Shown here: positions 22,438-35,100 of the stretch, one piece after another
How the letters are laid out: every line of letters begins with the position of its first letter
How positions within the stretch are numbered: position 1 is the stretch's first letter
Source: Azolla caroliniana
Lineage: Eukaryota; Plantae; Polypodiophyta
Length of the DNA stretch: 64,000 nucleotides
Direction of reading: 5' to 3'
Assembly (NCBI GenBank): GCA_043228905.1
Contig: JBHGNT010000001.1
Coordinates: forward strand, 16,802,001 to 16,866,000
Made by a program: the position numbers and the translations under genes
Notes under the pieces: model-generated
Databases searched by the model: none
Told to the model about the DNA's origin: nothing
The model's input: the letters and a program-made list of their open reading frames with translations, nothing else

Positions 22438-25400
22438 AGTTTGACTTCACCAGAAAGGACACGCTCACGGACGAAATGGTAGTGCACCTCAATGTGCTTG
22501 GTCCGTGCGTGGAAAACAGGGTTTTTCGCGAGCTGGATGCTGCTGAGGTTGTCGCAGTAGATCGTCGTCGGATCTGACACCTCCTCTGGCAGGTCCTTAA
22601 GTAGCTGCTTCAACCATATGGCTTCGCATGTCGCAATAGCCGCTCCACGGTACTCAGCTTCGGTGCTCGACAGTGCAACTGTCGGCTGCTTCTTACTGCT
22701 CCATGCGATCGCGACACTCCCGAGGGAGAACGCGTATCCGGACGTGGATCGACGATCGGCGGCGTTGCCAGCCCAATCAGCATCGGTGTAGCCGACTAAC
22801 TGCGCGGCTGCACCGGTCCGATATAGCAGTCCCCGGTCCTTAGTGTCGTTGACATACCGAAGTATGCGTCGCGCACACTACAGGTGATCCTCGGTAGGTC
22901 GCGCCATGAACTGACTGATCACTCCGACCGGATAACTCAGGTCAGGTCGGGTGATGGTCAAGTATATGAGGCTTCCGACAATTTGTCGGAACCTCGTCGG
23001 GTCGCATACCGTTCCCGGATCGGGACGAAGCTTGACGGTTCTGTCCAGAGGAGTCGAGGCTGACTTATAGTCGGCCATCCCGAATTTGAAGAGCATACTC
23101 AGCACGTAGTGACGTTGGTTGATCAATATGCCTTCGGGGGTACGGATCACTTCGATCCCGAGGAAGTAATGAAGGTCCCCCAGATCCTTCATGTCGAACG
23201 ATGCCGCAAGCTGGAGCTTCACGCGGTCGATTTCACGTAGGTCGGCGCCGGTGATAACCAAGTCATCAACATATAGTAAAATACTAACCGGTCCGAGTCG
23301 ACCTTTCCGGATGAACAGGGAAGAGTCCGATTTTGATGTGACGAAGCCCATCCGACGCAGTTGTTGCGTGATCTTCGCGTTCCAGGCACGCGGGGCTTGC
23401 TTCAGTCCGTAAAAGGACTTCTTCAGTCGGCATACTGCCGAGGAGTTCGTTTCGGAGTGAAATCTGGGGGGCTGTACCATGTACACTTGTTCCTCAAGGT
23501 CACCTTGCAGGAACGCATTCTTTACATCCATCTGATGTAAGTGCCACCCCTTCGCCGCAGCTACTGCGAGCAAAACACGAACGGTCGTTATTTTCGCGAC
23601 CGGCGCAAACGTCTCATCATAGTCGATGCCGTGTTTCTGCGCGTAGCCCTTTGCCACTAGCCGAGCCTTGTACTAGTTGACCGAGACATCGGTGTTGTAC
23701 TTGACCTTGTACACCCCCCTACACCCGATCGGTTTTACCCCTGTTGGTGCGTCAACTAGGTCCCAGGTCTCGTTCTCCGCCAATGCGTGCATCTCTTCCT
23801 CCATCGCGGCACGCCAATTCGCGTCTTTAGCCGCTTCTGCATAGCTCTCCGGCTCACGCACTTCCGCTACACGGGTCATGTACGCATAATGATGCGCCAT
23901 GTACTCGTTGTATCCGAACCGCAAAACAGGATTCTTCTGGCGGGTAGATCGGTGTAATCTCACATTAGCCGATGTCGAGGCCTTCTCGGTTGACGCGGTC
24001 TTCATCTTTAAAGACCCGTCACCGGTTCCCTCGGAGTTGGACTCGTGTCGGTCTGACTCGTTCCTATCCGTGCCGAAATCCGACACCTTCTTCTTCCCTT
24101 TCTCTCTGCGCGTAAGCCGTCTCCTCGGCTTCCTGCGCGGGGAATGCACGGTCGAGTGTCCACTACTCGCCGGCTCTTCATCGGACTGATCGTACCGACT
24201 CAGTCGTCCAATCGGTCCACTTAAACGGAGTGAAATCGGACTCTCTTCGTGGGTCTCGATTTCGAGCTCATCCAGAGGCCTCTCGGCCTCGCTGACTTCA
24301 TCGTCAGAGCTCGGATTGAAGTCGGGGTTCGGAGTCAGGGGCTGGTACCAGGACGCGGACTCGTCAAACACAACGTCGCGGCTAACACACGTTTGTTTGG
24401 TGCGAGGGTTATAGCAGTTATAACCCTTCTGCTCGTCCGAGTAACCGACCAAGATGCATTTCTCAGCCTTTGCATCCAGCTTCCTCCTTTTCTCCTTCGG
24501 TACATGCACATACGCAATGCTACCGAACACCCTCAAGTGTCGCAAGTTCGGCTTCGTTCCGAAATATAGCTCGTGCGCCGACACTTTGTCTCCGATCCGG
24601 TTCTGGATGTATACCGCGGTCCTTACCGCCTCGACCCAGTAGAATTTGGGCAAGCTCTTCTCCTCCAGCATTGCCCGTGCCACTTCCACAACTGACCGAT
24701 TCTTCCTCTCAGCCACGCCGTTCTGCTCCGGCGTGTATCTACAACTGAATTCTCGCCGAATTCCCATTTGTTGTAGATAACCGTTGAATTGACCGGAAAA
24801 GTACTCTTTCCCGCCATCCGACTGCAGGCACTTTATCTTTCGTCCTGTTTCTGTTTCCACGAACCCTTTGAGGTCCAGGAAACAGTCGAAGACTTCGCTC
24901 TTCCTCTCAATGAGGTAGATCCACGTGTGCCGCGTGTGGTCGTCGATGAAGGAGACGAAATATTGGCTCCCCCCAAGACTAATGTTTTGTGCCGGCCCCC
25001 ACACATTGGAGTGTATAAGGTCGAGCTTATTCCGGCTCCGGTTTCGCTCGTTGGGGAAAGGAAGTTGGTGTTGCTTCCCGAGCTGGCAGGCTTCACAAAT
25101 TTGTGCCTTTCGGCCACTAAATTTGGGCAATCCGAACACTACCTATTTCGATTGCAGATCTTGAAGCCGCTGGTAGTTGACGTGGCCTATCCTCTTGTGC
25201 CACAAGTCGATGTCCGACTCGGATTTTTATCCCTTCGCGAACATTGCGGTGCCGCCATCAGTGGAGTCGAGGATGAACATCCTCCCGTCTCTGCGCCCTT
25301 GCGCAATCACACGGCCTTCTTCCTCAATGAAGCACCCGAGGTGTGTAAACCGAACCTCCATCCCTTGGTCGACGATCTGTCCGACCGAGACCAAGTTCTT

Positions 25401-26610
25401 CGTGATTGTCGGAACGTGCAACACGTTCATGAGTTTGCCTTTCTGCCCGACATGGCTGGGGAACTTCTCCGACATTCGTGATCGGATACGGAGTGTCGTC
25501 TCCAGTTGTGACTACTCCAGGTTGTATCGGTTTTTCAAGGTACGAGAACCATTCCTTATGGCTTGTCATGTGGTTTGACGCGCCGGAGTCTACGTACCAC
25601 ACCTCGTCCGATCTCGGGGTGGTCCGTTTCATTGACTTTGCTTCGTGTCTCGTCACGAAGGCAGACCCTTCTCCGGCTCTCCCGGAGTCTTCGGCGTAGT
25701 GCGATCGCTGCCGATTTCCCTTGTCGGTATGTCCAGAACCGTTTCCGGAACCGGTTCTCTCCGAAATGGCGCGCTTCTTCCAGCACTCACTTTCCCTGTG
25801 GCCTTTCTTGCCACAGTACCAGCACTCCGCGATGGCCTTCCCTTGCCGGTTCTCATCGCTTCGACTCCCCCTATTTCCGGAGGGTCCGGAGTTGCTGTCG
25901 GCATCACTTCGGTGCCTTCTTCCTTGATCTCGTCGGCCGCTTCCATTGCGTACCGACTCGCCTCATCCGCCATGACCACGGGGCCTTTCTCCCTCCGTGT
26001 ACAACATCTTGCTGTCGGTGTGCGTGCTCGTCGACGCACCCTAATGGTTCTCCTCTACCAGGAGCATCGACTGTAAGTCGAAAAAGGACGACGTATTCTC
26101 CTGGGTACACACAGCCGTTCGGAACGCTCCGAACTTCGACGCCAAACCTCCGAGACAGATCTAGACCATCTCGCTCTCCTCGATGTTCACCTCTATGGAG
26201 GCGAGGGAGTCACAGATATCCTTGATCTTCGAGGTATAGTCCGCCACCGACAAGTCGTGTTGTCGTAGGTTGCTCAACTCTTGTCGGAGCTGAAGCTTCC
26301 TGGCTGTGGTGCTCGCGGCGAAAATCTTCTTCAGATTTTCCCAAGCAACCTTCGGCATCTTTGCATCCCGAACATAGCTCAATAGTTGTTCGCCCACACA
26401 CGACGCGAAGCAGTATAATACCCTGCTCGCCGATTGCTCCCACGATGGGAAGTCTCTGTATGTCGATTCGGGTGCCGCGTCATTAGCTCCTTCGACATAA
26501 CTCCAGTAGCCGTGCCGGAGCAGGTACTGGTACATCTTGTAGGACCAAGACACGTAGTTGGTTCTGTCGAGCTTCTCTGTTGGAAGCGAGCTCGCCATGC
26601 CTCTTTCCAT
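22438..26610 (-). pseudogene. pol: A' gag-pol, disrupted (continues at 15455)
   Basis: EKLDRTNYVSWSYKM, CWYCGKKGHRESEC, WYVDSGASNH, integrase, LYVDDL. Confidence 0.95.
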
Positions 26611-26682
26611 CGTTCTTCCTGTTCTTCTTCGTCAAGCTGTGTCGGCTGCAGAGAGGTTCTCAACCCTCACGCTCTGATACCG

Positions 26683-27088
26683 TGTAAAAATAGCGTGCGG
26701 AAGCAAGTATGAAGACCGGACAGAAGGAAGGAAACTCAGGTTTGATGGAGAGCTTGAGCTTACGCGGTATACGCGGGAGAGACAGAGAGAGTGAGAGAGA
26801 GAAAGTTCACAAAAACTATATTCAACAACAGATCTCGATTCACTATTCTCTATACATATGTGTGTTCCATGAACACTTTTATACAAGTCCTCGAAGGATT
26901 GACCGAAGTACTGACCGTACTTCAATGCTCTTTAAGAGCTCCTACACTAACTCCCAAATATATTCCTCACGGAATATCTTTCCTAACGGCCTCCTGGTTT
27001 ACGCACTCGGCCTAACCGATCGGTCCCAACCGATCCGGTCCTCGGCTTCTTCAGCCGATCCGGCCGATGTTGAGCTTGTCTCTCAATA
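26683..27088 (-). repeat. 5' LTR of A'
   Basis: Adjacent to PBS; terminal TG mutated to TA. Confidence 0.93.
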
Positions 27089-27600
27089 AGAGGCCAATAA
27101 ATGTTCAGTTATTAATGACCTTGCTAACTTAATTTGTCTATCACTATTTGCCACATGCCACCAAGAGACACCCAGCTTTGGCTGTCTATTCTTAATGCCT
27201 TCTTTCTCAATAAAGTAAAGAACAATTTATGTCCATGGTTGTTGAGCTTGAAACACAACCTTTACAAAAGAGAATCTTCCAGCCAACATATGTTTATGTA
27301 CATTTAAAAGTGTTTACGGATTACAAATACAACTTTATACCATCGAAGGAATGATCGTTTTTTCCTCTTCTATAATGGGAAATGCAATGAAGTTCCTAAC
27401 TTCTCAATAACCTTTTTAGACCATGGAATGGGAGCACGAAATTTGTAGAAAGCACGGTCAAATGTGGCATCAATTGGTATGTGGAACATTTGGAAATACA
27501 AATTTCTCAAATGGTACTCACGGGAAACACACGCAATTGCAGATGCCATCACAACTATATGGACTGATCTAGTGGTATCCTTCTGTGCATAATTCGAAAA
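27089..27600 (-). pseudogene. Probable decayed LINE ORF2 remnant, segment 1
   Basis: LAGRFSFVKVVFQAQQPWT*IVLYFI..SWW resembles the post-RT region; contiguous with 14413 after removing A'. Confidence 0.3.
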
Positions 27601-28270
27601 CCTACAGGGAGATTCAGAGTCTCAAGAGTTGCCACAAGCAAAATTCAAAATTTATCTCACTCTAGGCAACCACACACATGTATTGCTTTCAGTGATATCA
27701 ATGTCTAGTTGCGTTCAGAAGCTTGCTAGTTGTGTCTTGATGCTTGTTGAAAAATAAAAGGTTTTGTCAAGCAACTGTTTGTTCTTATGTAGATAGTGAT
27801 TGCCCCACCTTTTTTCTATCTAAGGTGTCACACACCGATAGCCAAATATATATGAAAGCTACATGTAAATAGTAGAGTATCTATAGATACTTAGAGTGTA
27901 CATAGCCTGATTTGTATATGTGATTCATCTAACTAATGGGACACAATTTTTTCTCAGGGAAAAAATGGTAAATAATATGACATCGTAGGAATCATGATTG
28001 ATTGGACCAATTTTAGTCTAATGTTCATAAAACGACTAAACTTGTGATTTCCAATATATAAGTTTGTCTACAATTTTGGATGATATCCAATCTAGGATTT
28101 TCACATTAGACACATGCCAACCAATAGGATATCCTACATAATGACAAATCATATCATGTTGTACTACCACCCCTATCCAACCAAGAACCTTCAAATTTCC
28201 CTCCACCCATAGAGATATGAACCAATTTATGCATATTAACCTTCATTGTTGGGGTTGCAATAAACAACTT

Positions 28271-29140
28271 TGTAAACATTTGCGTGTGCGAAAGCTTGTA
28301 GACACCAGACACAACTGGCTAAGCGGCACAACAATAGATAGTTAGGTAAAACACAGAGAATGGAGTATAGAGTATGTGAGAGAGAGACAAAGTTAGCAGC
28401 CAACAAGTTAAATTTAAAATAATAATAGTTTGAATATACAAATGTACTCATTGAGCACTTTTATACAAGCCCCTGACAATGTGCTGACACAAGTACTGAC
28501 TAGTACTTTAATGCTCACTTATGAGAATTTGACACTAATTGTTTATTATAATATTTCTACTACTAAAATAGGAATGTAGGTCCCTAACAACTTGTCGACT
28601 CCCAGTCGATCCCGTTGCCGGCTTCTTCGGTCGACTCTACTCAGTCGATGTTGGCTATCGGCTTCTTCAACCGACTCGGCCTTTAGCGGATTTAGCCCAT
28701 GTTGAGCTTGTCACTCAACACTCCCCCTCAAGCTCAACTTGAGGTCACCCTTCGTTCCAGCTGGTCCTCTGCTCCGGCTCCTTTTGTCAGCTTGCTTCCT
28801 AGCCCGCGCTCCTTAGCCCGTCCGGTCCTGCACTCTTGGACCCGTCTGGTAAGCTTGCCTGCTCCTTAGGCCTTCGTCGGCCTTCTTCCCGCCTATATGG
28901 CTTTTACGCTCCTTGATCTCTTTGTTCTCTCGCTTCGGCTGCTCTCTTGCTCATTCAAAGTTCTCTTGATTTAGCTCACCTTTATCCGAATTGGCTCAAT
29001 AGGCAGCATGACACTTCTCTCACTCAATGGGGATCCTAGTGTAGCCTCAATCATAAGTCTTCGGTACTCCCTATTGGGGCTTGTCCACTCAAGTGGAGCC
29101 CACATCAACTAGAGTCGGCTGAGCATCGAGCGGTCGTGGG
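28271..29140 (-). mobile_element. Remnant E: 3' LTR (28271-28720), PPT and 3' internal sequence of a distant relative of A
   Basis: GTTGAGCTTGTCACTCAACA-CTCCCCCTCAAGCTCAAC and CACTTTTATACAAG shared with A'; right boundary uncertain. Confidence 0.75.
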
Positions 29141-32100
29141 GCCAAAAAGGAGAAAAGTGATAATTATTTATAATTATATATACATATTCCTTTTTCTATG
29201 TATGTTTTTGGGTATATATCTTTTGTGTGTGTGAGTGTGAACGCAGGTACATAGACGTTGGACAACAAGGAGAAAAAAACTAAAAAAGGAGAAGGGGGAA
29301 ATATAGCTCGATCTGATTTTCTGAGTGAAAAGAGAGCAAAACAGAAAACTGTGGGAAGAACTGAAAAACAGAGAGAGAAAAACTGAAAACAAAAGAGGGA
29401 GCAAGAGGAAGAGTGGACTACAAACACAGAGACAGAGACCCTTGAGGGGTTGTTCTTGTTATCGAAGAACCATGACTGAACAACACCTATCCTGTCTACT
29501 TGTTTCATGTTTCTTTGTTTTATGTTTTTCTAGTTTTCGTTTTCTTTGGTTTATCCACCCAATCGGGTGAGAATCGTAGCCAAGGCTGCTGCCTTGAGGC
29601 TAAGACATTTCTCTAGTCAAAACCTAGAGAGTTCGTATGTAGTTTGTAATCCTTGTTATTTTATCCACCCGATTGGGTGAAGGCCATTGCCTTGAGGTAG
29701 ATACACCCCTCTAGTGAGGTCATATTCCAATTGTACTCAAAGATATAGTGAAGTTGTTTGGAACCTATAGTTTCCGTGGTTTTTCCCTATTTTGGGTTTT
29801 CCACGTTAAAAATTTTGGTGTACTCTCATTTCCGTCTTGTGGTTTCATCTAGTGTTTAATTGTGTTTGAAGTTTAAATCATCCCGATTCAGTCTCATATT
29901 CCCAACACTCATGATGTCCAACTTTATAGTATTCATTGACTACAACATATGACCTCTTAATCCCAGGGCTAGATTGAAGGTAATCTAACACAACAGGACC
30001 ATATCCATGATGAACATTTCGAGCATAGGAAAGGTCTATTCCTGGCATCCATGAGTAGGTATCAGAGCAGAGGTTCATACGCTCTGCCAAGACTTGGAAT
30101 ATGGATGAATCATTAGGCGGGATGATTAAATTGACAGGACCCAACTACCCCATTTGGAAGTCCAAAATGAGGGACATGTTGGTATGCAAGGACATGTGGT
30201 TGCTCGTACTACATGGTACGAGCAAACCCGAGAACATAGATACATTAACTTGGGATGCCATGCATCTAAAGACATTTGCATACATCCGATGTTTCGTAGA
30301 CATGAGTCTGTATAATAGTTTCTGTGAGGAAACCAAAGCAAATGAGTTATGGAGAAAAATCGAGAGTATGTTTCAGACCAAAAATGCTTTGAATTGAGTC
30401 TCCCTGTTTAGGAAACTTGTAAGACTTAGGTATCAAGATGACTCTAGTATGGCATAGCATCTTAATACATTTCAAGAACTTAAATTGTCTCTCTAGATAT
30501 ACCTCTAGCAAATGAGGTGTTGACCTTGTTATTGTTAGGCTCTCTCCGAGATAGTTGGAAAACCCTTGTTGTGACGCTTGGGATTGCAACGCAACAAAAG
30601 GACCTAACATTGGACATGCTTAAGTCGAGTCTTCTACATGAAGAAGCACGACGAAAGGAGCATGAGTCCAACTTTGACCATAAAGCCTTAGTCATAGAAA
30701 ACAACTCCTCTAGAGGAAGAAACCATGCTAGGGGTCCACAAAATCACAGAAATAATTCTAAGGGGTGGTCTAAATCTAGAAATAGGAAAGACTCTAAGAA
30801 AGACTTCACGTGTCATTATTGTGGTGGTCCAAACCACTATGAAAGAGATTGTAGGAAGAAAAAGAGGGACCAAAAGAGTGGAACTACTGACAACAAGAAA
30901 AATGATTCCACGACAGCCGCATGTGATGGTGATATCATCATCACATGCGATGATGCTTGTGTCAGTTTAGCATCCCAAGAAACCGATTGGATTATCGATT
31001 CGGGAGCCTTGTACCACATTACCCCATATCGGGAAATGTTCTCGTTATATGCATGTGGTGACTTTGGTAAAGTCAAAATGGCTAACCACGGCGTGACCAA
31101 GGTTGTTGGCATAGGAGATATAATTCTGACCACGGACATGAGTTGCAAACTAGTATTAAATGATGTTAGGCATGTACCGGACATTCGACTGAATATTATT
31201 TCAGTCAATAAGCTTGATGATGAGGGTTACACAAATTCCTTTGGTGAAGGAAAATGGAAGATCATCAAAGGCTCGCTAGTATTAGCAAAATTTCTAAAAT
31301 AGAATTCCCCCTATGTACTTCATGATGTGGTGTCCGATGGAGAGGTAACTGTAGCCAACAAGGATGCCTCAATTGAGCTATGGCATAAGAGACTTTGGCA
31401 CATGAGTCAAAAGGGACTCGATGTTCTAGCAAGGAAGAACATCCTGTTGGACATAAAAGGTATGCACTTGGAAACTTGTGTTGATTGCTTGGCTGGCAAA
31501 CAACACAGAGTTGCCTTTCAGCATCGGCCCCTCGAAGAAAATTTCAGCCATTGGAATTGGTGCACATGAACTATAGAACTCTTGGGGGAGCATTGTACTT
31601 TGCATATTCTTGGGATATGGCCATGAGGAATTCGGCCATAGACGTTATGACCCATTAGAGAAGAAGGTCATTAGAAGCAGGGATGTGGTATTCCTTGAGA
31701 ATCAGACCTTACAAGATCCGGAACCGAATGAAATGCCAGATCTCACCCATGATTTTTCAGTTACCGAACACCGAATGCCTGCCCCAGACACACAAGGTCA
31801 TGTGGGAGATATCGAGGAGTATGATGATGCGGTTGATGATGCAGCTGACGACGATGCTGGGCAGAATCATGACCATCATACTCTAGGTGACATTTTAGCA
31901 GCTCCTCCGGAACAAGAAGAGGTTAGAAGGACTATGAGACAAAGAAGACCTTCTACTAGATACAACCCACATGAATATGTGATGCTTTCAGATGGAGGAA
32001 AGCCAGAAAGCTTTAGAGAAGCTATGGCAAATGATCATAAGTAGGAATGGCTTGACGCCATGAATGATGAGATGAAGTCTTTGCAAGAAAATCACACTTA

Positions 32101-32151
32101 TGATCTTGTAAAACTGCCGAGGGGCAAGAGAGCATTGAAAAACAAATAGGT
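29140..32151 (+). mobile_element. Tnt1-like copia F, truncated (LTR to about 29907, PBS 30058-30068, gag-PR-partial INT)
   Basis: LTR motif CCGTGGTTTTTCCC..GGGTTTTCCACGT as in C; KLTGPNYPIWKSKM, CHYCGGPNHYERDC, WIIDSGA; left boundary uncertain. Confidence 0.85.
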
Positions 32152-35100
32152 ATGAGCTCGTTCTTACGAGAGGCATTCGTAATGACGTGACCATGTGATG
32201 GCCCACGTGAGCCTACTACGAAACGAGGGCTCATTTGGCTTGACCATTAGGTTGCACTTTGGCGTATGCCATCGTAATTACGAGACTTGAGGTTAGGTAA
32301 CGTACCAACATAGTTTTGGTAAATGAGGGCGAAATAAGGACCCTTGACATATATGTTCTTTTAAATAAAACATATATGATCAATTACCTCACATATCTCT
32401 TATACGCATCAAACATTAAGCATTCGAGAAGAGCAACTTACTTGGTTGGCTCAAGTGTTTAATGTATTTGTTCTCGAGATCTCGAGTTCAAATATGACCA
32501 AGACCATACAACATCCTTGATACATATGACTATAACACATGTTTAGACTTAAGGTCTAAGTGCACCTCGGGGTCCTCGTAATAGGACTTAAAGAGACGAA
32601 ACAACATATGTCGGCACCGAAACATAGTTTATTGTTAACATTTTTTTCGTGTATAAACTATTCATGACGCGAACATACATGGTTGAGCCTCGGGGAGCCA
32701 CCATGAAAAAATCGATATAGAGATCAGGGAAAGACATTTATTTGTCACCCCCATGGTTTTTAAAACACCTTTGTATTACCATAGTAACCTGATCTTGAAC
32801 CTCATCTCATACGTCTAGAGGGGTATTGACGTGAGATCATGATATCGATTAATGTTTGCCCATGATATGTTTACATCACGACATGATGTTATGACTATCT
32901 CTCTGACCTTATCCTATTTCTTTTCCAGAAATAATCTTTAATGGCTCAAATTAACGACCCGATGTCATCCGCTCAAGCGGAAGGAACTCAAGGGAATCCT
33001 CCTGGACAAATGTCCACTGAGATGTATTTGGCACAAATAACCCAATACCTTAGTTTCACCGCTCAACAGATGACCGAACTTCGGCAATCTCAAAGTGCTC
33101 TCGAGGGAGTGTCATTAGTCTACAACGTGAGACTAATAGACCTGATGAGCGACAAGGTGAACAATCATTTGTCGTTAAGCCATTTACGGGAGACAAAAAG
33201 AAAAGAACCGAAGAAGCAATCTGCACATGGCTGGGACGATGGGAGTAAGGCCGCCGCCTGGTGGCGTGGGCTCTGTACTATGGGGAAATTACCCGATACC
33301 TGGACAGATTTTGTCACGGTTTTTAAGGGCCAATTTCTGCAACCTCCCTCTCGAACCGAGGCAGCACAAGCTTTAATGAACCTCTCTAGCAAGAAATTTT
33401 CCTCGCTAGAAGACTATGTTCACCATGCTAGAACCCAAATCCAAAAATCGGGTCTAGAAGGGGACAATTGGTTGATAGCTTGTTTTGTCAATGGCATCCC
33501 CAATTCGGACTATCACTGGATAGTGCACGATAAGGATCCAAAATCCTTCGAAGAGGCCGTTGAAATAGTTCTTCGCTATCAACGCACTTCGAAGAAGGAC
33601 CATAACAAACCCAACGAAGCGCCCGGGACTAAGCAGTCGCAATTTGTTGGGAAATGCAAGACACCCAACGAATTCTTGGATCGCGATTGTAAGCGACAAC
33701 ATCCTTTTTGTGTATTCTGCAAAAAGAAGGGTCATACAAAAGATCAATGTCGAAAGCTCCAACGGAAAGAGCACGACAACAAAGCTAAAGCTGGAGACCA
33801 TAAAGGTCAGATTCCTAATGTCCTTCAGGTCTATACACATCATTTAAGTAATTGTCAATGTTCTTTCCCTCACTATGTATTGGGTCCCAATGATTTACTA
33901 CGTGCAAACGGGTATATCAATGGATCTCCCGTACAATTTTTATTTGACTCGAGAAGCTCACACAATTTTGTGAATGGTCGTTTGATTCAGATATGGGGAA
34001 TCCAACCCACCGTAATTGATCACACCTACACGGTGCACTTGGCTGATGGAAGAGTACAATACATCAACGGGGCGATTCATTCATTAGGAATTTCTATTAA
34101 TACTTATATAGAGGAAGTAGACTTCCATGTAATGAATCTTTGTACCACCGATGTAATACTAGGTTATCCCTGGTTTTATAATAAAAACTCTTCTTTATTT
34201 ATTGATTGGGTTCGTCATTCCATTTCTTTTGTACTGAACGATTGTACGCATTTTATTCAATGTGTAAAAAAACAATCCCTCTCAATTGTTTCCTCGTGTC
34301 CATCAATATCCGAGTTGTCTTGTTCTACATTATTTTATTGTGTACTTGATCCGTACATTCACATTTACAATATCGATAATGTCCCAGTTCAATTAACATA
34401 TTTTGAACAACAACTTGATGAAATCTTAAATGATTTTCATGATGTTTTTCCAAATGAACTACCTAATGGGTTACCTCCTAAATGTAATATAGACCATCGT
34501 ATAGATATTATACCTGGTGTTGCACCAATAAGTATACCTCCGTATCACTTAAGTCGATCCGAAGAAGATGAGGTATCTAAGCAACTCAAGGACTATTTAC
34601 GAATGGGTTATATACGTTATAGTAAATCTCCATGGGGTGCACCAATTCTCTTGGTTAAAAAGAAAGAGGGCACATGGCGTATGTGTATTAATTACCGACG
34701 CTTGAATAAAGTGACGATCAAGAATTCGTACCCATTGCCCCGGGCTGACGATCTAATTGACCGTGTCCAAGGAGCTCGGTATTTTACGAAACTTGATCTC
34801 TGTACTGGCTACCATTAAATACGAATAAGTGAGGACGATGTTCCTAAAACGGCATTTCGTACGCGCTATGGCCATTACGAGTTTTTGGTTATGCCTTTTG
34901 GTTTGACCCATGCTCCGGCTACTTTTCAACAAGAAATGAATGACATTTTCCGAGAACAACTTGGAAAATTTGTCGTTATTTTCTTGGATGATATTTTAGT
35001 TTATAGCCGTACATGACAAGAACATGCTAGACATGTCCACTTTGTTTTACAAACATTGCGTGACAAACAGTTTTATGCAAAGATCTCAAAATGTGAGTTC

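Larger units (their letters stand above)
14414..27088 (-). mobile_element. Ty1/copia A' (family of A), full length, interrupted by C
   Basis: LTRs 26683-27088 and 14414-14789, TSD AGAGG (14409-14413/27089-27093), PBS (c)GGTATCAGAGC 26671-26682. Confidence 0.96.
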
